Shown here piece after piece: positions 19,308 through 28,048 of a DNA stretch of 64,000 nucleotides (within the stretch, counting starts at the first letter, position 1; every line of letters starts with the position of its first letter). This DNA is from a virus (lineage: Duplodnaviria > Caudoviricetes). A program made the translations under genes and the position numbers. The notes under the pieces are model-generated. The model saw nothing but the letters and a program-made list of their open reading frames with translations, was not told the origin of the DNA and did no database searches. The stretch spans positions 96,001 to 160,000 of the IMG/VR virus record IMGVR_UViG_3300046318_000439. The stretch is one strand, 5' to 3'.

Positions 19308-19315
19308 AATAAATA
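19308..19315 (+). promoter_or_regulatory. Late-promoter-like box
   Basis: AATAAATA 29 nt before the ATG at 19344. Confidence 0.4.
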
Positions 19316-19343
19316 TTTTCATACAACAAAGGATTAGTTCGAT

Positions 19344-21773
19344 ATGAATAATATTACAAATGTAAGTCAAGCTCAGATTCTCGATGACTTAACATCACTC
19401 CAACAAGACACTCCTAAATTAGATAACGCCAAACAAGATGTGGCCGTCAATTCGGAAACCGTCAAATCAGATGACCCATCCCTATCAAGACCTGAAGAAA
19501 AGAAGATTGATTCTCGTGGATTACCAGAAGGCGGTAAACCATACGAATATGATGTACAATCTACTGAATTAAAAAATAATTTCGAATTAACTAACAAGCA
19601 AGACAATCAAAGAACAGAAGATAACATAAAAGTAGATTCAACGGAACTCAGTCTCGATAATCAAACAGCTAAAGCAAATTTCAGTGAAGTTGTAAGAAAT
19701 CTCAAATCAACTCCATTGGTTGTTGCTACAGACGCGAATAAATCTATCACACAAAATGAATCTTCTAGACCAAATATTGACAATAATCAAAACCAAAAAC
19801 CAAACACTGATGTAATACCACAACAACCTACTGAATTTACTCCAGATGAACCAACTCGTGGCACAGAGGGATCCTACAATAGTGGTTATAGCAGACCAGT
19901 GATTGCAATTGAAATTGATGATACTATTTTGGACGTTGGAGATACTACTGCTGTATATTTTAGAATTTACACCTCAGAATTTGGATTGAATACATCTAGC
20001 TTTACGTTAGATGATATTCAAGTTACTGGTGGTTCACTAAATGATTTTGAATACATTGGTTATCAAACCGATGGCCAAAACTTTTCTTATTTGTATATTG
20101 CAACTTTCACAAAAGATGATAGTAAAACAGGCGGAAACGTATTTGTTGATAGTGATAAGTTTTATGATTACTCACAGGAGGCTTCTTGGGCAAATGAAGA
20201 TAGTGGGTATAATAAAGATGGTGCAGATTTAAATAATACTGTTTCAGTTGAACCTAAACTGGTTGTTAGTAGTTTAACAAATAATATTACTAATACTGAA
20301 ACCAGTATATCAGACCCACAAGTTACCACAACTTATACTGATAATACTTTCTGTCAAAGTGATACAGCTAATAACAGAGAAGTTGACACTACAATCCGTA
20401 ACTATACAGATACGACAAGTATTACAACAACGAAAACCACAACAGTTACGCCTTATACCGTATACACATATAACGATGGCACGACGGAAACAATTTACGA
20501 CAATCCTTTCGTCACGGTAGAATCCACAACTGATAGTACTATTGCAACAAGACAAGAAGTCATCAGCACAGACATTGAAGAACCCACAATCGTTACAGCA
20601 TACGAAGAAACTGTTAATACTACAACAAATCCTTCTTCATCCACAACTACAACATTAGGTTCTCAAACAGTTAGAACAACCGACGATGAGAACGATCGTT
20701 GGGTGGATACAACTACTACAAGTTACCAAACAGTAACCACACAAGATACCGTCACAACAACCACAAGGACTCCAATTTATACGATTACCTATTGCGATGG
20801 AACAATAGAGGTTGAGACTGGCACATCGACGATGACCTCTCAAACAAACACGACAACACAAACGAGTTATTTTGATGAGGTGACTGATGTATCGTATGTA
20901 GATTATCCTGAACCAGAGAAAGAACAAGACAACAACGGACATGGAAACAATCAAGATGGAGAAGATGACTCCAATCCAGGTCAAGGTAGTGGGGGTCCGA
21001 ACGATAATAAAGATACTACTGATGAGGATGAAGGAGCAAACGGAAATACTGATGACGACAATCCAGGCAGTGAAGAAAACAATCAAGATGGTAATGATGG
21101 TGGAGATACAGAACCGCCAATAGACCCACCTGTGGATCCTGAAGAACCTGATAACAACACTGGACAAAATCCAGGAAACGACAAAGATGTTGGCGGTAGT
21201 CCGTTTGATGGTGAAACAGGAGATTCTGGCCAGTCAGGAAATGGCCAAACTCAAGATGGTATAGATACAAATACCAATAATCCTCCTGGTCAAGACGGCA
21301 CACAAGATAGTGGTTCGAGTGCTAGTGATAATAACACAACGCCTACTGATAATGGAAATTCTAGTGGCAACGGTGGCCCACAAGGTAATAATGGTTTTGG
21401 TAATGGAGACCAAGAATCGCCTGGTGGTTCAGAAGATAACAACAATGCAGAAAATAATACACAAACTCCTACAACAGACCTGTTGGATACATTTGTTTAT
21501 GATCTGGACAGTTTATTACCAAATGGAAATAAGATCACAGAAAGTAATCTTAACGATTGGGTTCGTCTGGTAGATAATGCTGATGGTTCAACCACGATAC
21601 AAGTTGATTTACATAGCGGTCGTGGTCAAACTTCTAGTGGTTGGATAGATGTTGCAGATGTACCTGATGTTGATGGACGTCAATCATATTTCGACCCAAC
21701 ACAACAAACATTAGATTTCACAAATCAAAGTGGCGATTGGGTCATAGACCACGAAACACCACCTCAAGTGTAA
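19344..21773 (+). CDS. Acidic adhesin-like protein (Ig-like domain, Thr-rich repeats, T1SS-target-like C-terminus)
   Basis: DDIQVTGGSLNDF...YIATFT...DGADLNN; two TxxYTYxDGT repeats; NNGFGNGDQESPG; WVRLVDNADGSTTIQVD. Confidence 0.55.
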   Translation: MNNITNVSQAQILDDLTSLQQDTPKLDNAKQDVAVNSETVKSDDPSLSRPEEKKIDSRGLPEGGKPYEYDVQSTELKNNFELTNKQDNQRTEDNIKVDSTELSLDNQTAKANFSEVVRNLKSTPLVVATDANKSITQNESSRPNIDNNQNQKPNTDVIPQQPTEFTPDEPTRGTEGSYNSGYSRPVIAIEIDDTILDVGDTTAVYFRIYTSEFGLNTSSFTLDDIQVTGGSLNDFEYIGYQTDGQNFSYLYIATFTKDDSKTGGNVFVDSDKFYDYSQEASWANEDSGYNKDGADLNNTVSVEPKLVVSSLTNNITNTETSISDPQVTTTYTDNTFCQSDTANNREVDTTIRNYTDTTSITTTKTTTVTPYTVYTYNDGTTETIYDNPFVTVESTTDSTIATRQEVISTDIEEPTIVTAYEETVNTTTNPSSSTTTTLGSQTVRTTDDENDRWVDTTTTSYQTVTTQDTVTTTTRTPIYTITYCDGTIEVETGTSTMTSQTNTTTQTSYFDEVTDVSYVDYPEPEKEQDNNGHGNNQDGEDDSNPGQGSGGPNDNKDTTDEDEGANGNTDDDNPGSEENNQDGNDGGDTEPPIDPPVDPEEPDNNTGQNPGNDKDVGGSPFDGETGDSGQSGNGQTQDGIDTNTNNPPGQDGTQDSGSSASDNNTTPTDNGNSSGNGGPQGNNGFGNGDQESPGGSEDNNNAENNTQTPTTDLLDTFVYDLDSLLPNGNKITESNLNDWVRLVDNADGSTTIQVDLHSGRGQTSSGWIDVADVPDVDGRQSYFDPTQQTLDFTNQSGDWVIDHETPPQV

Positions 21774-21795
21774 TCAGCAGGCATATGCCTGCTGA
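21774..21795. terminator. Bidirectional hairpin between convergent genes
   Basis: Perfect palindrome TCAGCAGGCATATGCCTGCTGA. Confidence 0.65.
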
Positions 21796-21802
21796 ACCAC
21801 AA

Positions 21803-22279
21803 TCACTTAGCTAATGGATTATCCAAAGCCTTTTGGATCTTGTTATCTATTTCTTTTCTCAATTGTCTGATATCTTGATCTGTTTCACGTGATAGCTGTT
21901 TGCCGTCACGCTCTACCTGTTCTACTACCTTTTCCAATCTGCGGATATCATTCTTCAAATCATTTTTAATGTCACGTGTATAGTCAGTAGTTTTTTGTGA
22001 ATTCTCTTCGATTACAGATAAACGCTTATCAAACTCTGTTAAATCAGGAGCAACATACTTTTCAATTTTAGTCTTCATATCTTGATATGATTTGTATACC
22101 TCAAATGTTCCATATAGACCACCTAAGATTGATGATACTAATGTGAATGCTACCATTAACTTTGCTGGTGTGAATTCATAGCCACCAATACTAATGACAG
22201 TATCTTTACTGGCATACTTCTTAACAGCTGATTCCGCCTGATCTATTTTCTTATTAACATCTTTAATTTCTTCTGGCAT
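21803..22279 (-). CDS. Single-pass membrane protein with coiled coil
   Basis: TM segment LMVAFTLVSSILGGLYG followed by heptad repeats. Confidence 0.65.
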   Translation of the reverse strand: MPEEIKDVNKKIDQAESAVKKYASKDTVISIGGYEFTPAKLMVAFTLVSSILGGLYGTFEVYKSYQDMKTKIEKYVAPDLTEFDKRLSVIEENSQKTTDYTRDIKNDLKNDIRRLEKVVEQVERDGKQLSRETDQDIRQLRKEIDNKIQKALDNPLAK

Positions 22280-22288
22280 TTTATTTCC

Positions 22289-23698
22289 CTATTTGTATTG
22301 TGAATCGACAATTTGATTATATTTTTCATCATTAGGACCAAATAATCCACGCAAAGCTCTTCTGTTATCCACATTCTTTTGATTTTTATAAACTTCGTAT
22401 GGTTTATAAAAAGGTACATCAGCTAGTACAATAGAGTATGCATTAAATCCCTCTGGAGCTTTTGCCATAGTACTCAAAATGCTTACTTGCGTTGGGACAT
22501 TGTCAGTATCATTCTTTGTTTCAGTTTTTTGTACAGAAACTGTTCTTGTTGTGTTTTTGTTTTCGCTTTTCGAATCAGTTTTTGTTTCTGTTTTAACTTC
22601 TTTACTTGCTACCACATTCGTCGGAGATGCTGGTGATGAGGTTTGAGGTGCAACCACACTTGTTACGCTTGTTACAGATGTTGGAGATGTTGTTGAAGTT
22701 GTTGTATTACTTTGACTAGTCGATGAAGGGCTTGGACTAGTATTAATAGTTGTATTGACGAGTGTATCGAAAGAAACACCCTCAGCTAGAGATTGGGGTT
22801 CTGTTGCTGCAACATTTGTTGATTCTTGTGTTGCTTGTAGAAGGTTTCTAACAACAACTGCTTCTCTATACCCAGGGCATGATTCGTTGTATAATGGATT
22901 CAGATTGCATTGTGCTATAAAATAACCAGGGCAATCTGACATGTATAGTGGGTTAATAGAACATTGTTGAGCATGGAAGGCTTGTTGATATGTGGGGCAT
23001 GATGGATCGCTTAATGGATTAACTGCGCACAAATCAACAGCCGTAGAATTTGCTGTCCATGATAACCCATTTGTATTGAATCCAACACCATGATAGTATT
23101 GAAAATATTCACCTCTTGATATATCTCCAATCATACCAACCGTGACTGGCTGGTAAGCAAGAACAGCACCACCATATCTAACATCTACCATTCCGGTAGA
23201 ATCGATCTTTAATTCAAAACTACTGTTGTTGGTCCTATTACTATACTCAGACACTCCATACCAACCATATGTCATTGAATTAGCTGTGCTTAGATAATAA
23301 TGACTGCCACCACTTGCAATCAAGTCTGTCCAAAGTGGCGCAATTGAATAATTATAATTTGTGTCTGTCAGTGTCGTTATGTTCTGTCCTGAGCAACAAA
23401 ATCCTCCAGGAGCATTAGGTCCAACGAAGTTCACGACGCCGTTGGAGTACATCCACGAGTTATTAAATGTTTTACCGAAATAAGGAAAGTTAAACTGCAA
23501 AGGTACGTTGACATTACTATCATCCCCCATCGTTATATTGACAGAGGAAGGATTAGTTCTTATATCTTGAAGAGGTAATGCATTGCTTCCAGTTCCAACG
23601 ACTACACTTAGCCCAGCAGCACCTGGTATTGGTATTGAAACTATTTCTGCATTAACATTCAAGCAGAAGAAACAAAACAACAACAGTAGTTTTTTCAT
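22289..23698 (-). CDS. Secreted NIDO-like domain protein with Cys-rich repeats and Thr/Ser linker
   Basis: Signal peptide; FNFPYFG...MYSNGVVNF...IAPLWTDL; three CxxNPLxxxxCP repeats. Confidence 0.65.
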   Translation of the reverse strand: MKKLLLLFCFFCLNVNAEIVSIPIPGAAGLSVVVGTGSNALPLQDIRTNPSSVNITMGDDSNVNVPLQFNFPYFGKTFNNSWMYSNGVVNFVGPNAPGGFCCSGQNITTLTDTNYNYSIAPLWTDLIASGGSHYYLSTANSMTYGWYGVSEYSNRTNNSSFELKIDSTGMVDVRYGGAVLAYQPVTVGMIGDISRGEYFQYYHGVGFNTNGLSWTANSTAVDLCAVNPLSDPSCPTYQQAFHAQQCSINPLYMSDCPGYFIAQCNLNPLYNESCPGYREAVVVRNLLQATQESTNVAATEPQSLAEGVSFDTLVNTTINTSPSPSSTSQSNTTTSTTSPTSVTSVTSVVAPQTSSPASPTNVVASKEVKTETKTDSKSENKNTTRTVSVQKTETKNDTDNVPTQVSILSTMAKAPEGFNAYSIVLADVPFYKPYEVYKNQKNVDNRRALRGLFGPNDEKYNQIVDSQYK

Positions 23699-24150
23699 TT
23701 CTTAGGTTGTTTGTCTGGGTTTTGTTCCCACGCAGCCTTTGCTTCTAAGCCAATCTTACCTTCAATCGGACATGGTGTGCCAGCATTCATCATGGCTTCG
23801 AATACTCTTGTATCTTGACATAGTGTAGATACTGCTGCTACTTTCATTCCCATGTCGTATAAACTCTTAGCAAGTTTTAAACGTTCGCAGTTCATGTCTC
23901 TGGTAGTAGCACCAAAAGACATACCTAGAATTTGTGTTTGTACAGCACCAGAAGCACCGACAGTACACAAATCATTATTAATTGATGTAATTGTTGGTGC
24001 TATTGCTGTTGGGGGTGGTGATTTGACAGTGGTTGTAGTTTCATTGCGTGAAACAGAATTACTGTTTGATGTCGATTCAGTTACAATTGGCTGAGCAAGT
24101 GTAAGGTGTGAAGCCATGACCAAAAATACCGCGAAGGTCTTTTTGAACAT
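23695..24150 (-). CDS. Secreted Cys-containing protein
   Basis: Signal peptide from MFKK at 24150; SPPPTAIAP, DLC, NCERLKLAK, LCQD and GTPCP. Confidence 0.65.
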   Translation of the reverse strand: MFKKTFAVFLVMASHLTLAQPIVTESTSNSNSVSRNETTTTVKSPPPTAIAPTITSINNDLCTVGASGAVQTQILGMSFGATTRDMNCERLKLAKSLYDMGMKVAAVSTLCQDTRVFEAMMNAGTPCPIEGKIGLEAKAAWEQNPDKQPKK

Positions 24151-24239
24151 CTTTGTTATCCTTTTTAATTGTTTATGTGTGATAAAATGCAGTTCAACAA
24201 AACATAACAAACAATTAAAAAATCAGTATACCTTTATTT

Positions 24240-24270
24240 AGGGATTCGAACTACTCGAATCCCTTGTTTT
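24240..24270. terminator. Hairpin with T-tract on the + strand
   Basis: AGGGATTCGA/TCGAATCCCT followed by TGTTTTTT; overlaps a CTAAATA-like box on the minus strand. Confidence 0.4.
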
Positions 24271-24276
24271 TTGCGT

Positions 24277-24471
24277 TTAATTTAAATACGGACCATCTTC
24301 TGATTCATCCTCGATGTCGTCATCCTCTTCCTCATCTTCTATGTGTTGGAACCCACAGAATGGACAAAACTCTGGCTCTTGCTGTTCATCATCTATTTTT
24401 GTTATCGTATACTCTGCATCACAATTTACACAAAGTATGATGTCTTGATCTTCTTCATCGTATTGAAACAC
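24277..24471 (-). CDS. Small zinc-ribbon protein
   Basis: CVNC...CPFC with acidic tail; GTG start inferred. Confidence 0.6.
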   Translation of the reverse strand: MFQYDEEDQDIILCVNCDAEYTITKIDDEQQEPEFCPFCGFQHIEDEEEDDDIEDESEDGPYLN

Positions 24472-24508
24472 ACTACCCCCTATACAAGTGTTATTATTAG
24501 TTCTATCC

Positions 24509-25495
24509 CTATGCTGCCTTAGCCCAAACATCATTCCATGAACCAGACAAAGCTCCTTTTGAATAGTCTGTTGATCTATTTTCAAAGAAGTTTGTATGTG
24601 TTGGTGCATTAATCATTTCTTCAACCCACGGTAAAGGATTCTTCTTTACTTTGAAGATGCCTTTAAGGCCAAGGGAAATGAGGCGACGGTCAGCAATATA
24701 CCGAATGTATTGTTTGACGTCAGCAGGAGTAAGATTAGGCATGTCGCCCATATCGAAAGCGAGATCAATAAACTTGTCCTCGAGTACCACCATCTTTTCA
24801 GCAATAGTATAAATTTCACCTTTGAGCTCATCATTCCAAATATCCCTATTTTCTTCCACAAATGTTCTGAATAATTTAATCATTGATTCTGCATGCATTG
24901 TTTCATCAACAATAGACCATGTAACAATCTGACCCATACCTTTCATCATGCCATGGCGTGGGAAGTTTAAAAGCATGATAAACGAACTAAACAACTGCAT
25001 ACCTTCCGTGAACGCTGAGAAGGCAGCAATCTGCTGAGCAATCGTTTGTTGATCCTGTCCAGCAAGGTTCAAGAAGTATTCGTGCTTATCCTTCATCGCT
25101 TCATATTCTAAGAATTGATTGTATGTTGATTCCGGTAGTCCCAACGTTTCAATCAAATGACTATAAGCTGCTATATGCAAAGCTTCGCGCGCTGCAAATC
25201 CAGTAAGCATCATTCGCACTTCTGGCTGTGGAAAGTATGGTAGGTAATTCTTTACGTAACCACCTGCCACGTCCACATCGCCTTGTGTAAAAAATCTAAA
25301 GATGTGAGTCAGGAATTGTTTTTGTGCTGGAGTCAACTTCTTCTTCCAGTCTTTTACATCTTCTAACATTGGTACTTCTGTATGCAACCAGTGACTCTGT
25401 TCGTGCTTTAACCAAGCGTCATATGCCCATGGATAATTAAACGGCTTGAAATTCGAACGCTCGTCTGTTAATTTTATTTTATTTTTTGTTGCCAT
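24509..25495 (-). CDS. nrdB: Ribonucleotide reductase class Ia beta subunit
   Basis: FFTQGD, EALHIAAY, FTEGMQLFSSF, DETMH and NFFE motifs. Confidence 0.95.
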   Translation of the reverse strand: MATKNKIKLTDERSNFKPFNYPWAYDAWLKHEQSHWLHTEVPMLEDVKDWKKKLTPAQKQFLTHIFRFFTQGDVDVAGGYVKNYLPYFPQPEVRMMLTGFAAREALHIAAYSHLIETLGLPESTYNQFLEYEAMKDKHEYFLNLAGQDQQTIAQQIAAFSAFTEGMQLFSSFIMLLNFPRHGMMKGMGQIVTWSIVDETMHAESMIKLFRTFVEENRDIWNDELKGEIYTIAEKMVVLEDKFIDLAFDMGDMPNLTPADVKQYIRYIADRRLISLGLKGIFKVKKNPLPWVEEMINAPTHTNFFENRSTDYSKGALSGSWNDVWAKAA

Positions 25496-25502
25496 GTTAT
25501 CC

Positions 25503-25823
25503 TTATATTCTGAAACTTTCTCCGCAACCACAACGATCTTTTTCGTTAGGGTTGATAAACTCAAAGCCTTCGTTAAGGCCCTGTCTCTTATAATCTACTT
25601 CTAAATTTTGTAGGTAGGGTTGATCTTTTTTATTAACGATGATACTAAAACCATCTAATACTACTGCATCATCCCCCGTTTGTAACTCATCCACATATTC
25701 TAACACATACGCCAATCCAGAACATCCAGTCGTTCTTACTCCAACACGTATTCCTAACCCGCCTCCACGACGACTAAGTTGTTGAATAATCTTTTTAGAT
25801 GCTTGTTCTGTTACCGTTATCAT
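25503..25823 (-). CDS. iscA: A-type Fe-S carrier IscA
   Basis: [12 protein letters not shown] and CGCGESF. Confidence 0.9.
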   Translation of the reverse strand: MITVTEQASKKIIQQLSRRGGGLGIRVGVRTTGCSGLAYVLEYVDELQTGDDAVVLDGFSIIVNKKDQPYLQNLEVDYKRQGLNEGFEFINPNEKDRCGCGESFRI

Positions 25824-26140
25824 ACACTAAAGGATGATCCACATCCACATGTAGTTGTTGCATTAGGATTAATAATTTTAAAATGATTGCCATTTAAATC
25901 CTCAACATAATCAACTGTAGCTCCCATCAAGTACTGCATACTCATTGAATCTACTAAAAGTTTAGACCCATTGTGCTCTATAGTTATGTCATCTTCATTG
26001 ACTAAATCTTCTATCATGAAGTTGTATTGGAACCCTGAACATCCACCACCCTCTACAAACACTCGTATAGAGAGACTTGGATCTTTTTCTTCTTCTAAAA
26101 TCTGTTGAATTTTACTTGCAGCTGAATCGGTTAATGTCAT
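25820..26140 (-). CDS. erpA: A-type Fe-S carrier ErpA
   Basis: [14 protein letters not shown] and [14 protein letters not shown]. Confidence 0.88.
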   Translation of the reverse strand: MTLTDSAASKIQQILEEEKDPSLSIRVFVEGGGCSGFQYNFMIEDLVNEDDITIEHNGSKLLVDSMSMQYLMGATVDYVEDLNGNHFKIINPNATTTCGCGSSFSV

Positions 26141-26142
26141 TT

Positions 26143-26517
26143 TTAGTGCCTCTTTCTATAATCTTCAATTGCCGCCTTTATCGCATCTTCAGCGAGAATG
26201 CTGCAGTGGATCTTAACAGGCGGGAGCGCGAGTTCTTCAGCAATTTGGCTGTTCTTAATTGCGCCTGCCTCGTCAAGTGTCTTGCCCTTGACCCATTCGG
26301 TAACGAGTGAGCTGCTCGCAATGGCTGATCCGCAGCCATATGTTTTAAATTTCGCATCTGTTATAATTCCTTCTTCCACTTTGATTTGCAACTTCATCAC
26401 GTCTCCACACGCTGGAGCTCCCACCATACCAGTGCCGACATTTGGATCATCCTTTTCGAAAGACCCAACATTACGAGGTTGTTCATAGTGGTCAATAACT
26501 TTTTCTGAGTAGGCCAT
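26143..26517 (-). CDS. iscU: Fe-S scaffold IscU
   Basis: [21 protein letters not shown] and LPPVKIHCS motifs. Confidence 0.97.
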   Translation of the reverse strand: MAYSEKVIDHYEQPRNVGSFEKDDPNVGTGMVGAPACGDVMKLQIKVEEGIITDAKFKTYGCGSAIASSSLVTEWVKGKTLDEAGAIKNSQIAEELALPPVKIHCSILAEDAIKAAIEDYRKRH

Positions 26518-26598
26518 ACATTGTATCCTATGCTTTATAAAAAGCCAAACAGCGAGAGGGTCGCTGACCCTCTATTTAGAATTACTATTATAATCCAA

Positions 26599-27111
26599 TT
26601 AGCTGTTTAGAACTTTTGCTACGCTGTTAATTACAGCAGCGATCCGTCCAATATCACGAAGTTGTTCTACTGTAAATCCTTCTTGCTTCAATGTGTCGTA
26701 GTGAGCCTTCACGCAGAAGTGACACTTGCCAACAATTGAGGCTGATAAGGAATATGCTTCAAAAAGTGCTTTAGTAGTACCACCATGTGATGCAATAGCA
26801 TTCATTCTCAATTGGGCTGGTAAGCCTTTTAGATTAGGATCTTCTGCCATTTCGACGTATGGATACCATACATTATTCTGAGCCATGATAGCAGAAGCTG
26901 TTAGTGCTGCATCACGTTCAATTTCATTCTCAAACCCAGCACTAATGAATGTGACTAACTTACCATTACCGGTTGCCATAGCTGCAGCCAAAGCACAGCC
27001 GTTTACAATATCGGTATCTAGCGTACTGCGTTTAATAACAGCGTCTAAATTTAGCTTCGTGTCCTTAGCATATTCCGGTAAGGCTTCTTTAATTTGATCA
27101 ACCCATTGCAT
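26599..27111 (-). CDS. ahpD: Alkylhydroperoxidase AhpD
   Basis: MAQNNVWY and GKCHFCVKAH (CxxC). Confidence 0.92.
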   Translation of the reverse strand: MQWVDQIKEALPEYAKDTKLNLDAVIKRSTLDTDIVNGCALAAAMATGNGKLVTFISAGFENEIERDAALTASAIMAQNNVWYPYVEMAEDPNLKGLPAQLRMNAIASHGGTTKALFEAYSLSASIVGKCHFCVKAHYDTLKQEGFTVEQLRDIGRIAAVINSVAKVLNS

Positions 27112-27208
27112 AATATTTTCCTTTATTTAAGTGGACAGTCGGGGCATCCTAGCCTACGACAAAATTCTAAGTATTCGTTGTATTCGCTATTCATGCCCCT
27201 CATCTCCT

Positions 27209-27748
27209 TTAAAGCGTCTCGCCGCCTACTGAACGGTTACATGCACACAACTCACCAGTCTGTAATGCATCAAGTACGCGTAATGTTTCTTCTGGCGAAC
27301 GTCCCACATTTAAATTGTTCACAGTAACGTGTTGAATGACGTTATCTGGATCAACGATGAACGTTGCACGAAGTGCTGCTCCAGCAGGCTCAAAGAAGAT
27401 CCCTAACTGATTAGCCAAAGAGCGCTCGTCTCGAGCAGTATCAGCAAACTGAGTATGCTTAATAGTTTTAAGGTCAGAATGAGCATTTTGCCAAGCCACT
27501 TTACAAAATTCGTTGTCAGTAGAACCCGTTAACAATACAGCATCGCGGTCTGCAAAGTCTTGGGATAATTTATCATATGCTACAATTTCTGTAGGACATA
27601 CAAATGTGAAGTCTTTTGGATAGTAAACGATTACTTTCCATTTACCAGCAAATGATTCTTCCGTGATAGGAAAGAATGCATCTTCCGGCTGACCTGGTTT
27701 AACACCTGTTACAACAAACGGTTCAATTTTATCATTAATTGTTTTCAT
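27209..27748 (-). CDS. ahpC: Peroxiredoxin AhpC
   Basis: YPKDFTFVCPTE peroxidatic motif; resolving Cys in GELCAC. Confidence 0.95.
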   Translation of the reverse strand: MKTINDKIEPFVVTGVKPGQPEDAFFPITEESFAGKWKVIVYYPKDFTFVCPTEIVAYDKLSQDFADRDAVLLTGSTDNEFCKVAWQNAHSDLKTIKHTQFADTARDERSLANQLGIFFEPAGAALRATFIVDPDNVIQHVTVNNLNVGRSPEETLRVLDALQTGELCACNRSVGGETL

Positions 27749-27798
27749 ATTTTTCTCCATTGATTAACAAAAACTAACATTTTCATGTTATGATAGTA

Positions 27799-27826
27799 AT
27801 TATACATCAAATTGAAAAAAATGCAA
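27799..27826 (-). promoter_or_regulatory. Sigma70-type promoter of ahpC
   Basis: TTGCAT-16-TATAAT. Confidence 0.6.
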
Positions 27827-27872
27827 GCTTTCCCCCATGATATATTTTGATCGATCTTATTAATAAAATCAA

Positions 27873-28031
27873 TCATCGACCTCGACCAGCACTTCTCTTC
27901 ACTGGTTTAGTGGTAATTTTAAGTCCACCATTCTTAGTCTTCTTACTTTCAGTAACATATTTGTTGCCACAACTATAAGATGTTTTCTGCGATTTACCTG
28001 ATTTATTTTTAAACGCGTTCAAAATACTCAT
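27873..28031 (-). CDS. Small basic hypothetical protein (52 aa)
   Basis: SD GGAGG; MSILNAFKNKSGK...RGR. Confidence 0.45.
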   Translation of the reverse strand: MSILNAFKNKSGKSQKTSYSCGNKYVTESKKTKNGGLKITTKPVKRSAGRGR

Positions 28032-28048
28032 AACTTGCCTCCAATATA

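Noticed and set aside
19373-21573. Overlapping or antisense ORFs such as 20655-21167 and 21016-21303
   Set aside because: Shadow frames of the low-complexity 809-aa gene, with no motifs or RBS
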